This document shows, one piece after another, positions 1 to 13,970 of a stretch of 64,000 bases of DNA (position 1 is the stretch's first letter; every line of letters begins with the position of its first letter). The DNA lies in assembly GCF_009914755.1 (NCBI RefSeq), contig NC_060941.1. The stretch is one strand, 5' to 3'. The notes under the pieces are model-generated. The model was not told the origin of the DNA. It worked only from the letters and a program-made list of their open reading frames with translations, and did no database searches. The DNA comes from the human T2T-CHM13v2.0 reference genome, Homo sapiens. Both the position numbers and the translations under genes were made by a program.

Positions 1-133
1 AGGCTGAAGCAGAAAAATGGCGTGAACCCGGGAGGCGGAGCTTGCAGGGAGCCAAGAAGTTCCACTGCACTCCAGCCTGGGCAACAGTGCAAGACTCCCT
101 CTCAAAAAAAAAAAAAAGAAAAAAAAAAAGAAA
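1..133 (+). mobile_element. Alu right arm and A tail (AluY-like), cut by window edge
   Basis: atggcgtgaacccgggaggcggagcttgca...cactgcactccagcctgggc followed by poly(A). Confidence 0.95.
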
Positions 134-1149
134 TTGACAAACAGACTCTGAGCTGGAGATGAACAATGTGATCTATGCCCTGCCCTGACTTTGCTTCCAG
201 TCCCCAAACAAGCTCAGAGGGAACAGAGCAGTGAGTTTGGATCTTGGACCAGATAAATTAGTACCACCTATAACAAAGTTAGAGTCACTGAGTATTTAAC
301 AACATATCACTTAGCCTAGAAAAAGCTACATGGTGTGTAAAAAAGAATGCATGCCTATCTTATCTACTAAAGCAAAGTCCATTAATTTCTCCCTTCAAAG
401 GGTAAAAGAAAACTAATGACTTTGATAGATTTTGACATTATTTACTTGGCAGTTGAGACTTGGCCCTGTTCCAAAAGGGGCTTGAATAAAAGATGAATAA
501 AATACAAGATAAATTAAAATAGAAAGCCATAAAAGAAAGGTAAGGATAGGGACAAAAATGATGACCAGAAATTGGGCTAAACTCTTGTCACATTGGTTCA
601 CAAATTTAGATTCTAAGTTTAGCATGTAAAGCACACACACACACACGCACACATGGACAAAAAGAAACATTGCTAATTATACAATTTACAGTTTAAAGAG
701 ATGAAAACAAATCAATTGCCCGGGAAAATCTATTTGCTATTGATAACTAGCATCAGGCAGGAATTTATATGGGGGATTCTGGTGAACTGGACCTTGTGTG
801 ATATAACTAAAAACTTATCATCCTTACCATGAGCACAAAGAACAGCTCAAAAAGCTATTTCTTACGTCTGTTCTCAATGAAGATGGAGAATATCAAAACA
901 AAGTGTTGCGTTGAAAACCCCATGGTGGGAAAGACTCTGATGCCTTGGATACAATTCTGTGTCAAAAATTATCATTTGTTAGAATTAGTAAAGAATTGTA
1001 AAATGGCTTAATTAGTTGTTATTTGACAGGCCAAATTAGGGGTAAGTTGTCAATTCTTTGAATAAAGCACTCTTATAAACGATCCAGGGGGACGAGTTCA
1101 GAGTGAAATTTTGGGGATTAGTGATGGTGGTAAGTGATCTGAGGTAGTA

Positions 1150-1290
1150 TATTTATTCATTTGCTTATTGACTGAATACTTACTAGATACTGTTATACTC
1201 CAGGTAAGCATGGCATTAAGTACTGGGGCTACATGAGTCTTTATCTCCATGGACATTCCACTCTTGTTGATAAACTACAAGACTCTTTCA
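1150..1290 (-). mobile_element. L2 3' fragment
   Basis: tttattcatttgcttattgactgaatacttacta...aagtactgggg resembles a reverse-complemented L2 3' end; highly diverged. Confidence 0.5.
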
Positions 1291-2124
1291 TAGAGCTGGG
1301 CAAGAAAGCTGAACATTGTCAGATGCTTTTAATGAAAAAAGGCAGGGTGGTTGCCATTTGTGCGAGAGATGCATTCCTGAAAACCCAGCATCATTCAAGC
1401 CTAACTTTTTCCTAGGAACCAATGTAAAAGTGGAGTGAAGGAGCAAATTTAATTTTGGGACCATATAGTCTTACAACTGTGGTTAACATATTTTTGCTTT
1501 AAGACTGCTTTTTATTTTCTCAGCAATGTCTCTAATGCTTCCCTTAGTGCTCTCTAAAATTAACAGCACAGCACGCTTTGGTAGTTTGATCTACTGCTTT
1601 GTGGTTTATCACATCTAACATGTTCCTAAAAGTGAGCGATTTCCAGGCACAATTTTCAGCATCAGCTCTAGCACTGCGACATAGTGAATATGTGGATGAC
1701 TTTGTTAAAGAAGATATTTTTCAGGTTACACTAGTAACAATGTTTATTAAATAATAAATTATGACAATACATATTAAGATATCAACATAATGATGATACA
1801 TATTGCTCAGGAATACTGATGCATGTTAACTGCAACATGCTTCATGGGATACTGACAAAAATGATATGTATATGTATGTATATTTATTTCCATGTAAATC
1901 TATACTCTCTTATGGCAATGTCATAAAAACTTTTTACAATTGAGTCTTCCAGTCAGTTTTGAAATTTTTCAATTCTCAGCAATTCAAAAAATAGGAGAGC
2001 TGTATACTTTATTTTGGCATAATGTAAGATCTTAAATATTTTGTACTGTAGTCTTTCAAATTTGCCTAATTCAAATTTAGGCCAAAAAAAAAGTGACTGC
2101 CTTGGAATTTAGAATAGTTGCATA

Positions 2125-2235
2125 TTAATAGTATAGAGTTAAAAGCTGAATTTTAGAGCCAGGCAGCCTTGGATGTGACTCCTATTTTTACCACATATGA
2201 CTTTGGTCAAGATTCATATATCTTTATGCCTTAGA
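2125..2235 (+). mobile_element. MIR fragment
   Basis: gttaaaagc...agagccaggcagccttgg...tgactttggtcaag, a MIR core-like sequence. Confidence 0.55.
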
Positions 2236-2670
2236 ATCAGGAGCCAAGGATAAGGATATTGAAAAACAAAACAAGGGAGACAGGTCCCAGGAATGAACTA
2301 TTGAAGAGTTGTGTTTCAGCCCTGTAGAAGTCTTTCTGTGTTCTTGGCCTTGATTTTCTGCTCTAAAATGCTATAGAATGTCTTTATTGGCATCTTCTTG
2401 AATCTTGCCTAAATCATCATTACTTCAGCTTAGTAGGGTTCCAGTGAGGTTTTTCTGTCCCTGCAAACCAAGCACACAATTCCTCATTTAGGACAGCATG
2501 ATGTTCACTGCCAACATTCCTGTTGGGTCTACCTTTGCAGACAGAAAAATCCCCTAACTAAATAATATGTGTGCGTGTTATGGAGGGAAAGAGATCATCA
2601 AAGAGCCCTAAAGGGACTCAAGCTAAAATAGTGTTGTTCTAACCACTTCTTCTATGAGCACTCTGCCTGC

Positions 2671-2742
2671 TCTGTCACTGTGGTTCTAGCTGTCAGAGAG
2701 CTGGGTTCTGTTACTGCGGTTCCAGCTGTCAGGGAGCTGGGT
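2671..2742. repeat. 36-bp tandem duplication (2 copies, 4 mismatches)
   Basis: tctgtcactgtggttctagctgtcagagagctgggt / tctgttactgcggttccagctgtcagggagctgggt. Confidence 0.9.
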
Positions 2743-3323
2743 GGTGGTTGCCCAGAAAGAAATAGCAGATTACAATCTCAGCTCTTTTTCTTTCTCAGGT
2801 CTTTGTAAAATGACCACTCGGTTTTCATATTTTAAGTTGAAAAGACTCGTACCCATTTATCCTTCCCTTGCGAAGGAATTGAAATCCACAAGGAACCTTC
2901 ATCAGACTTGAATAACTTTGGATTAGACTGAAGCATAAAAGTTTAAATGTTGCAATGGGCAATTTTCTAATATGGTGTGTTGAACATGACTGTACAATTG
3001 CTGTTAGAGGAAATTTTACAAATAATTGTAATCTAATTTATTTTTATTTTTTGCTTAGAAAAAAACGTAACCGTTGAGATCAGAAATTCTAATCATGTGT
3101 TGTCAATATCCGCTGTCAGAGCCTCATTTTTTTGTCCCTTTATAGGGTATGATGAGACCTACAAAGAATAGCTTTCGTGGTTTTTCTTAAGACAGTCAAC
3201 CAGTTGATCTTTCTGCTAGGGTTTGTTTGACTTGCCTCAGTTTATGAAGTTAAATAAAGACAAATTATATTTTTAATATGTTTTCAACTTTATTAAATTG
3301 CTGTGTGACTGGAAATAGTTTTA

Positions 3324-3649
<326 letters not shown>

Positions 3650-3955
3650 GGAATTTTGATTTTTGATGTAGCCTAACTCACCTTAATCTTATTTTCTAAT
3701 AAAAATAGAAATTATCAATAGGTTTCTGTTAGTAATATGTCACTGGCACCAATAGAGATTTCATGAAGAGTTTATCTTATGGCTAAACACCCATAAAATT
3801 CACTGTTGCCATTTTGTCATACATTATTTTATTTTCTACAAAAATAGCCTGGATCTTTTCCCAGGTATGGAGAGGATATGGAAGATAAACATGGTTTCCA
3901 GGGTTCTTTCTTACTGATATTTAAAAGTGACTTACAAATATCGATTCCTATAGGT

Positions 3956-4149
3956 AGAGTTGCCAGATTAAGCAACAACAACAAAAATACAGTATGCCCA
4001 ATGAAATTTGAATTTCAACTAAACAATGAATACTTGTTTGTAATATAAATGTGGCCCAGGCAATATTTGGGAAATACTTATGCTAAAAAGGTAATCACTG
4101 TCTTTTCCTGAAATTAAAATTTACTTGGGTATCTTATACTGCAAACCCT
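3956..4149 (+). mobile_element. MER53 palindromic hAT-type MITE
   Basis: agagttgccagatt...aaatttgaatttca...caatatttgggaaatacttatgctaaaaa...tgaaattaaaattt...aaccct, with internal dyad symmetry. Confidence 0.85.
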
Positions 4150-4842
4150 CCTGCCTGTCAAAGATTTTAAGTAGAAAAAATTCCCTGATTAAGGTCCTCA
4201 AGAGAGTGAATTCAAATTTAGACAGGATCTGGCCCAATTAAGTCATCTTCCATGTGGAGTCTCATGAAGTAAGCCATGCCTGTAAGCCTCTGTCTGCATT
4301 TCCTCAGATATTATCATTCAGCTCACCTTGTGTGAGGAATAGACAGGAAGAAAGGTGGCCACAGTTAGCAGTGCATGAAAGAGTTCAATGCAGGAATTAT
4401 TTGAACAGACTTAGCCTGCATTATAAAGCAGATGGGAGAATGTTGTTTCCTGAGTATTAACTCAAAGCCAGAATATTCTGAGCCTATGGGATCACTTTAT
4501 TTTCTTCATGCCTGTTCCAACCCTCACACTACAATCATACACACCCCCAGTGTACAAAACCAGTTTTAAAAAAAATTTTCAGTTCGACTTAGGAAACTTC
4601 TACATACCACTTGTTTCTCTAGGAACTATGGCTTTGGCATTTTCCACATTTTGTATCCCATGATTCACTTGCCACCTTCAAAAGATACATTGCACCATGT
4701 GTTTGCCTATGTAGTCCCAGCATCAAAGCATCTATTGATAACACAGAGACGTTTAAATGAAATGAGTGTGATAGAATTAAAAGGGTATTCCAAATCTCCA
4801 ATTCAAAATGGTAACTCACTGCTATCCCCATAACTTCTTATC

Positions 4843-4968
4843 TTTTAGTAGAGACGGAGTTTCACTATATGCTGGCCAGGCTGGTCTCGAACTCCTGACC
4901 TCAGGTGATCCACCTGCCTTGGCCTCCCAAAGTGCTGAGATTACAGGCGTGAGCCACTGTGCCTGGTC
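4843..4968 (-). mobile_element. Alu left arm only (AluS-like)
   Basis: ttttagtagagacgg...ctgacctcaggtgatcc...gagccactgtgcctggtc; no right arm. Confidence 0.93.
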
Positions 4969-7714
4969 GATTTTATTTAATTTAATTTTATTTTAACATG
5001 GTCAGGTTTCATGTCATCGCATCCCCTGGAACCTCCTGAAAGAAAAGCAGCCTGTTTGTCTCCTCGGTCTGCCACATTAACCAGGATCGGTTATAGCAAG
5101 GGACCGGGGAATTAGGCAGCTATTCCTTTCTATCCTCCATGCTATGCTATGAAGAAGGCAGAACACTGCACTTTTTTGTCCCAGGGTCCCATAAGCATAT
5201 TTCTATATTCAGAGACTCTAAATCTTAGGAGGCCACTGGGCACAAAGAGTGTTAGGCGTGTGCCACCAGTGGGATTTTCCCTTGACCAGCTGGGCTAGGC
5301 GTGCACTCTAGAGCATGGTAGGTGAGCAATAGCTTTAAATAGCACTTAGAAAGTTTTCCAAACAACCCCAAAAATATACAGCAGGTAAAAATCGGTGGCA
5401 CTGTTGAAATCTGAATTGTTGATCCAATTGACTCCAAATGCCCCTTTGAATTTTCTGAGTCTGATTTTTAAGCAGCTCTAACAGCTACCATCTTAGGAAA
5501 CTCTGTCCTTAGCTAGGTTACTTCCTCTTCCCGTTTTCATCTGGAAGTCTTTCTAAAAGCATTTCTAGATACAAATGTGACTCTTTCAAATGTAGAGTTA
5601 ATATTTCATTTTGCTTATTTGGCCCCCAAGATAAGTAACCGCAATGGTACGTGAGATTTTCTCCTTTTACTGAAACTTTGCATTGCCAAGGTCGAATCAA
5701 ACTTTTGACCCCAGAATCAGAGCAAGAGGGCAGATGGTAACCAGTTCAGTCCCCAGTAGCTTATGAAAACCAGCTTCTTCTTAGGAATATTTTTGGGAGG
5801 TAGAGCATCAAAGAGGAAGTTAACTGGACTCCTGAACAAATGAGTACAATATGAAGAAAACCTCGAGAGGCATTTGGTGTTCATTAGTGGGCATTCAGTA
5901 GCTGCTTTGTCATTTTTCTTGTTTGTCATAAAAAATAAATACAGTTTAATAGATGATCTAACCTAGCAGGTTTTGGCAACAAAGTAGACTGTGTCCCATT
6001 ATGATCTTGATGTGTATAATTTAAAGTAAGATGGAACATAAAACCATTTCCAGCACACATACGGGAGTGAGTGACATAGATTTTGTCTCTGATTGTCCAG
6101 AAATGAAAACCAGTGCTGTCTTGGATGGTGTATTAAATCATGTATTCTGTTTTATGGAGTTTGGGCTGTAAACAGCATATTTCAGAATAATTAACCCTGT
6201 CATTTTTGACTTAAAAGTTTGTTTTTAAAAATAGGAGTGTTTTATGTAGAAGGCAGAAGCTTAAGTGCCTTAATAGATTGCATGAAGGCCAAAAGAAATT
6301 CGAAGGGCAGTTCCTGTTAACTCACAGGTCAAAATTACCATCAGTTAGGAAGAATTAAGACATGCCCAGCAAACCCAGGGGAAATTCTGTGCTTGATGGG
6401 AAAGATCTGGGATTCTGACCAGGGCCTCTCGCCTGCCTGGCCAGGGCTGCGAGGTGACCGGCAGGGCTTACAGAAGTTATGCCTTCAGCATGACACATTG
6501 GATAATCATCTCCTTGTCCACAGAGCAGCATCAGGAACGGATTAACCTCTGAGGCAATCTGGGGGAATCTTATCAGAGGACTGCTCAGATTTTCTGCCTG
6601 GTAGGTGAAGTGTCCTGATCGTAGACACCCCCAGGGGATTTTCTTTGAGATATATTTCTTGATTTGTTCTCAGATTTGTAGCTATCACTTGGTTTTCTTT
6701 GTTCTCAAAATACAGAAATACTCTCCATGCACATTAAAGAAGCCAGTGGCATTCCTAAAACTCTGAAATTTTGGAAGAAATCCTCATCAAGAGATCAGGA
6801 CTCAGAGAAGCCTCTGCTCTGTCTCCTCCTCTCCGTTGCCTCTTGTCATACATAGAGACCATCTTCTTTTCTCCTGTGTCTTAAAAACAAATCCAGGCAA
6901 TAAATCCTAGCTGATAGGACATCGTGATGTTTCCAAATGCACCGTATTACGGTTTATATAAATAAAAAGATCTCTGGTATCTTGCAAGAAGAGATCTGTC
7001 TAGCTGGCCCCATTTCATTCGTCAGATCAAAAGAGTGGGTGACATGCTGGATGGTCACCAACTAAGTGACAAGCTTGAAAATGGGTTGCCAACATCCCTC
7101 ACTTGGGGACTTGGTTGGAAAACTTCTAATGGCACTTTCCTTTCAGCTTCTGTGATTCTATCCTGACTACTTTTCCACATCATAACATCAGTTAGTTCGT
7201 CACTCAAGCCCAAGCATGCATAAAATTTATTTCAACGGGTATTTATGAATATGACCAGTATTTGTCCTCTCACAAATGGTCTTTTATGAGATGGAGAAAT
7301 TTTGGGGGGAAGTTTAGTAATCCAGCAAGAAAAATCAATATTTACCTAGAAGAAAAGGCATAAACACAAACACTGACCAAACAGCTACATTCACCCTTCC
7401 AAAAGAAAACTCAGAGAGGAAAAAAAAAATTGTAAAGTTCATCCAGGGCCATTCCCCCAAGTTCCCCAGGTAACTGAGAACATCTTTCATCTGACCTGTT
7501 GACTGAATAAATTTGATTGACAGAATCCCAGTATCCTTCCTTTGAGCCAGCAGTGAGAACCCTGTGTACTATGAAGGAGAGCTTCATGTCAGCTATCTGA
7601 TGTCTACAAAGTTTTGAATAACATTTCCTTGGCAAGAAAGATGATCTGGCCCTACAATTTCAAAAAACTAAATTTCTTCTTTCTCATACAATCTTAACAC
7701 ACTGCTTTTTAAAA

Positions 7715-7810
7715 ATTTCTTTAATTTTTAATTTTTAGGGGTACATAGATACATAGATGTATTTATGGGGTACGTGAGATATTTTAATACAGGTATACAA
7801 TGTGTAATTA
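7715..7810 (-). mobile_element. L1MA 3' terminal fragment
   Basis: tttttaattttta...gtatttatggggtacgtgagatattttaatacaggtatacaatgtgtaat. Confidence 0.75.
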
Positions 7811-7829
7811 GCACACTTCTGTGACATAA

Positions 7830-7960
7830 ATATTATTGTTCCCATTTTATCGGTGAGACATTTGTGGCTTGAGAGGCAATAATTTGCCCAAGGTCTCATG
7901 GCCTGTAAAGGGACATCTGTTAAGGCCAAAGGTCATGCACCTTCTTCTTTCCACCACACC
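7830..7960 (-). mobile_element. MIR fragment
   Basis: tattattgttcccatttta...aatttgcccaaggtctcatggc. Confidence 0.7.
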
Positions 7961-8168
7961 AGGGAAGTAGCTAAATAGTAATTCATGGTTCAGGTAATCA
8001 TTTTAGGGCTAGAGCTTCAAAATAATGACACTTTATATCATTCAAGCTTAGAAAGCATTCTGAATATTATTCAGATATTTTAATTTTATAATCGCAAATA
8101 TCAAGAATGGCAATTTAAAACTCAATTACCCAAAGTTTGGAAAAAAGTGACATCAAGTTTTAGTATTC

Positions 8169-8468
8169 TTTTTTTTTTTTTTTTTTTTTTTTGAGACAGA
8201 GTCTCTGCCCAGGCTGGAGTGCAGTGGAGTCACCTAGGCTCACTGCGTGCTTCGCCTCCCAGGCTCACACCATTCTCCTGCCTCAGCCTCCCGAGTAGCT
8301 GGGACTACAGGTGCCCGCCACCACGCCAGGCTAACTTTTTTTCTATTTTTAGTAGAGACAGGGTTTCACCATGTTAGCCAGGAAGGTCTCTATCTCCTGA
8401 CCTCATGATCCGCCTGCCTTGGCCTCCCAAAGTGCTGGGATTACAGGCGTGAGCCACCGCGCCTGGCC
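8169..8468 (-). mobile_element. Full-length AluY/Sc-like
   Basis: T tail, ccattctcc and gttagccagga diagnostics, TSD gttttagtattct on both sides. Confidence 0.97.
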
Positions 8469-8660
8469 CATGTTTTAGTATTCTATTTCATTAATTTTAC
8501 AATAGTAGTGATAGAAACTGGTTTTGTAAAAATTGGAAAAGAAATTGAAACCATACATAGGATTAGACAGTTAATCTTTGATCACAGTTAATCACTTTGA
8601 ACTGTTGTGTATCCTTTCTGAATACTCTTATGCATAGCATAGGGCCATATGTAATGTGAT

Positions 8661-8690
8661 GTGTGTGTGTGTGTGTGTGTGTGTGTTTGT
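8661..8690. repeat. (TG)n microsatellite
   Basis: run of gt dinucleotides. Confidence 0.95.
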
Positions 8691-8799
8691 GAAAGCTTTT
8701 TAGTTTTTCACAAATGGAATCATTTACATATAAAATAGCCATACCTTGCTCTTTTCACTCAATAATATACCGTCTGTGCCCTTTCTACACCAGCACGTG

Positions 8800-9144
8800 T
8801 TATCCCCCTCAATATTTGCTGGGGACGTAAGGGGTTTGAGGGACATTAATTACAGGAATACTCACAGATACTAAAATCCACGGATGTTCAAATCCCTGAT
8901 ATAAAAAGTCATAGTATTTTCATATAACCTACCCACATCCTCCCATATACTTTAAATCATTTCTAGATTATTTATAATATCTAATAAAATGTAAATGCTA
9001 TGTTAATAGCTGTTATACTACATTGTTTTTATTTATAGTATTTTTATTATTGTATTGAAGTTTTTTTATTCCAAATATTTTCACTCTGCAGCTGGTCGAA
9101 CCTGTGGATGTATTGCAGAATCTGCAGATACTGAGGTCTCACTG
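8800..9144 (+). mobile_element. MER2 (TcMar-Tigger family) inserted in old L1 sequence
   Basis: aaaatccacggatgttcaaatccctgatataaaa...catataacctacccacatcctcccatatactttaaatcat; ends actg followed by TA. Confidence 0.88.
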
Positions 9145-9149
9145 TATAT

Positions 9150-9740
9150 ACATCAACATCGTTCTTTTGAAAACTATGCAGTACTGTAACTGACAGAATA
9201 TTCCACCTGCTGATTCACATACAAGCTAGTTTTATTTGGTGGTTTGATTGACTGTTTTCTTATGTCAAACATTGCTGAACTCAACATATATCTGCCATTA
9301 CATGCATAGAACAAATTCCTACACATAGTTGGATTTACTGTTGGTGCATTTTGATTTTAATAGATAGGACCTTAATTAAACTCCAAATAATGTTTTACCA
9401 ATAGACTCTTTCCAACAGTGCACAAGAAGATGTGTCAACCCGGACACTGGCTGACAGTGGCATATATTGACATTTTAAACTTTTACTATAGGTATTAGTA
9501 GATATTTCACTTGCTGTCTAATTTGTACTTCTTTAACAATAAGTGAAGATAAATATCTCTTTAACACTTTTTAATTTTTTTGTGTGATTATTTTAGATCT
9601 GTTCATTTTTTATAAAAATTTTTAAGCATCTCAGAAATATCACTCTGATGGATTTCTAAATTAAATTAAATTTGTAAATTAAACCCATAGTCTCTCACAT
9701 GTGTTGTAAAAATATTTTCTGATTTTGATTTTTGTATTGG
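9150..9740 (-). mobile_element. Old L1ME-like fragment
   Basis: diverged antisense L1 3' region motifs (tttaccaatagactcttccaacagtg, aatttgtacttctttaacaataagtgaag). Confidence 0.55.
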
Positions 9741-9754
9741 GCTTTGTTTACAAT

Positions 9755-11950
9755 ACTTTTAACTGTTTTAATTGACATGTAATAAACTGCACATCTCCAG
9801 AGTGTGCAATTTGATAGCTTTTGATGTATAAATACACCCATCACCCAATCAAGACAATGAACATGTTCATTACATTTCTTTATAATTCTCCCCCTCACTC
9901 CTCTAGTATTTTCTATCACTATATATTAGTATGCATTTTCTAGAACTTTATTATGAAATCATGCAGAATGTTCTCTTTTCTGTCTAGCTGCTTCTTCAGC
10001 ATTCTTATTCGATATATTCATCTATTCACTGTTGATGGATATTAAGGTTGTTTCCATTCTTATGAATATTTGTTATAAGTTCATGTGTGGCCACATGCTT
10101 TCTTTGCTCTTAGATAAGTGCCTAGGAGCAGAATGGTTGGGACGTTTAGTAGGCTTATGTTTAACTTTTTAAGAAGCTTCAAACTGATTTCCAAAGTGAC
10201 TGTGCCATTGTACCTTACCAACAGCAGTGTTTGAGGGAGTTCCAGTTCCTGCACTCCTTGCCAGAACTTGGTATGTTCAGTCTTTCTAATTTTAGCTCTT
10301 CAGATAGGTGTTTATCTCATTGTGGTTTTTAGTTGCATTTCACTAATGACTGATGATTTTAAGTACCTTTTCATGTCCTTCTTTGCTACCCATTCATCTT
10401 CATCCGGTGTTTGTTTAGATATTTTTTTCATTTTCTTATGGGGTCGTTTTCTTATTATTGATTTCTAAGAGTCATTTATATATTCTGGATACAAGCACCT
10501 AGTTTGTAAGTATTTTATACTAGTCTGTAGCTTGTCTTTTTAAGAGAAGTTTTAGAGTTTTATAAAGTCCAATTTATTATTTTTTCTTTCATAGATCATG
10601 ATTTTTTTCTTGTATCTAAGAAATCTTTGCATAAACCAAGAACACAAAATTTTTCTTCTATATTTTATTCTACAAATTTTATAATTTTAGGCTTTGCATT
10701 TAAATGTGTGATCTATTTTTAGTTTATTTTTCTATATGATGCATGGTATGGATAAGTGATAAGATTTATTTATTTTTCAAATATCAAATTGATCTAGCAT
10801 TGTTTATTTGGAGACTATTCCTTTTCCAGTGAATTGCTTTTGCACCATTGTCAAAAGTCAGTTGTTTGTATATGTGAGGAATTATTTCTGAATTTTTCTG
10901 TGCTGTTACATTGACCTATTTGTTTATCTTGATGGCAATACTACGTTGTGTTGATTACTTAGCTTTATAATACATCTTGAAATCAAATACTGTTAGTCCT
11001 CCAGCTTTTTAAAAAATGTTTTAACTATTCTAAGTTCTTTGCTTTTCCATATATATTTTAGAAAAAATTTGTCAAATTTTAAGGAAAAAACTCTATTGAA
11101 ATTTTGCTTTGAATTAAATTGAATCTACATATCTATATGTGGAAAATTGACATCTTAACAATGTTGTGTCTTTTGAGCCATGACAAGATACATTTTTCCA
11201 TATACTTAACTCTCTTTCATTTCTCTCAGATTTCTTTTTTAGTTTTCAGTATACAGGTCTCTCACATCTTTTCCCAGATTTATCACTAAGTATTTCATAT
11301 TTTTATTCTATTGCAAATGGTATCATTGAAATGTTGTATTCTTCATTGTTAGTCCATAGAAATACAGTTGATTTGTGTGTATTAATTTTGTATTTTGAAA
11401 CCTTGACAACCTCACTTAGTAGATTTAGTAGACCTTGTGTAAATTTCATTGAATTCTCTCCATAGGTGATCATTTTGCCAGCAAATACAGTTTTTATCTG
11501 AATGCTTCTTCTTTTTCTTGCTTTACTTCATTGACTAGAACCTCCACTATAATGTTGAATAGAAATGATGAGAGCAGAAATCCTTGTCTTCTTTCTGACC
11601 TTAGGGGTAAAACATTTAGTTTTCACCATTATGATGCTAGCTGTAGGTTTTTCATAGATGCTGTGCTATTCTTAGTTTTCTGACAGTTTTGGCCAGAAAT
11701 TGATGTTGAATTTTGTCCGTTGCTTTTTCTGCATCTACTGAGACGATTGTATGTTTTTTTCTCTTATAGAGAAAAAATGATGAATTGCATTAATTGATTT
11801 TTTTGAATAACATTAAACCAACCTTGCATTTTGGGGATAAACTCACTAATGATGCATTATACATTTCATATATTGCTGAATTTGATTGGCTAAAATAATG
11901 TTTGGAATTTTTGCATACATGTTTGTGGGTGGTATTGATCTGTAGCTTTC
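9755..11950 (-). mobile_element. L1MC/L1MD-type LINE, 3' end plus ORF2 remnant
   Basis: aataaactgcacat...acccaatcaagacaatgaacat 3' end, then T-rich antisense ORF2 (ctagaacctccactataatgttgaatag, ccaaccttgcattttggggataaac). Confidence 0.88.
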
Positions 11951-11992
11951 TAATACTCACTCCAAGGAGGTCTGGATCTCAGCCTGTAGGAT

Positions 11993-11996
<4 letters not shown>

Positions 11997-12032
<36 letters not shown>

Positions 12033-12039
12033 TTTGTGT
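11997..12039. repeat. (TG)n microsatellite
   Basis: run of tg dinucleotides. Confidence 0.95.
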
Positions 12040-12398
12040 ATCAGAGGAGATGTGGGGAGCTCCCTCCCTAAGCAATCTTTTTGAGTTCTACAGGGAGTGG
12101 ATGCTCCTTACATCTGCTACTATATTTTTTACCTTTCTTTTTACTTCTTAACAGCCAACTGTTTCTTACTACAATGCCCAGAAATAGTTACTTATTTTTC
12201 ATTATAAATATTAATTTTCAGTTACATTGTACAACGATCAGAGAATGTATCTGTACTATATATCAGCTTTTACAACTTTATTGACTTTTTGTGGGGGTGG
12301 AGGGTAGTCAGGAATGACTTTGTGTTCCTTTAGAAGTAGCAACCACCAGAATCTTTCTTTGTATTAGGGGCTAAAGGATAGATTATTATGTTTAGAAT

Positions 12399-12575
12399 TT
12401 TTACTCTAAAGAGCCAAAGAATAAACATTTTAGGTTTGTGGGCCTTATAGTCTTTATTACAACTACTCGGACATGCCACTGTCACAGGAAAACAGCCCGA
12501 TTCAATAGGAAACAAATTAATGTGGTCGTGTTCCAATAAAACTTTATTTACAAAAAACAGGCTGCTGCCCCCTGG
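12399..12575 (+). mobile_element. MER58A (hAT-Charlie)
   Basis: taaacattttaggtttgtgggcc...caactactc...gtgttccaataaaactttatttacaaaaaacagg. Confidence 0.85.
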
Positions 12576-12751
12576 TTTAAAAGACAGCTGTGCATAAGTT
12601 TTAAGTTCTAAAGGCAGATGAGAAGGATGACCAAGTGTCTTCCTTCTTTTTTATATCATGTTTATTTACTAGATATGTTTTCTGTCTCTTTTGAAAGTAC
12701 AGAGAAGCTGATAGGGGGCACATTGAGAAAAAGCAAACAAAGCATTTCTGA

Positions 12752-13213
<462 letters not shown>

Positions 13214-13214
13214 T

Positions 13215-13410
13215 AGTACCGTGGTAAAAGCATAAACTTGGATTTGAATCCTGGCTCTAAAACACATTAGCTGTGTACCCTTGGGTGAGTGTTGTGATCT
13301 CTCTGAGCCTATGTTTGAAATATGTAAACTGATTATAATAATGCCGACCTTGTGTGGTTGCTTTAAAGATAAAATCAATAAATGAGATAAAGTCCTCCAC
13401 ACGTAACAGG
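13215..13410 (+). mobile_element. MIR
   Basis: ggatttgaatcctggctct...tagctgtgtacccttgggtgag...ctctctgagcct. Confidence 0.8.
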
Positions 13411-13926
13411 AACTTAAAAATATGGTTTCACTCACCTTTTATATATACATCCACACATACTTCTTTTGCTTTCCTCTTTTTTATTTTTTTATATTTTTGG
13501 CCAGGCTTTCTTGGGAGAAATCTGCTTGCCTTTACTAACTACTGTTTTTAACTCTCCCACCTCACAGCAGAGCAGAACTTGTCCCAAGAAAGCTTTCTGA
13601 GCTCCTTTGCCTGAAGCAAGTGTCTAAAAGTCCCATTACAATTTTATTTTTAGGATGTTTACTACGGGCCCAAGATGAGGTGTTCAAAGGCAACAGGAAG
13701 AAAATTTTAAATCTCTGTAAATCTCACAAGTGACAGGGTGAAATTGTCTTTTGTGTACATTTGAACATGGTGAAATAAACCTTATTTTTTTTCTTTCATT
13801 TCAACAATATTATTTCCATTCATATGAGCCTTCTCTCAATGTTTTATTCTAATCCTGAAAAGGAAGCTCTTGGGTTCTCCTGGGTTAGACTGATGTATGA
13901 ATATATGTTTGAGTGTATATATGTAC

Positions 13927-13970
13927 CTATTCTATTCTATTCTATTCTATTCTATTCTATTCTATTCTAT
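13927..13970. repeat. (CTATT)n pentanucleotide microsatellite, ~8-9 copies
   Basis: ctattctattctattct... Confidence 0.95.
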
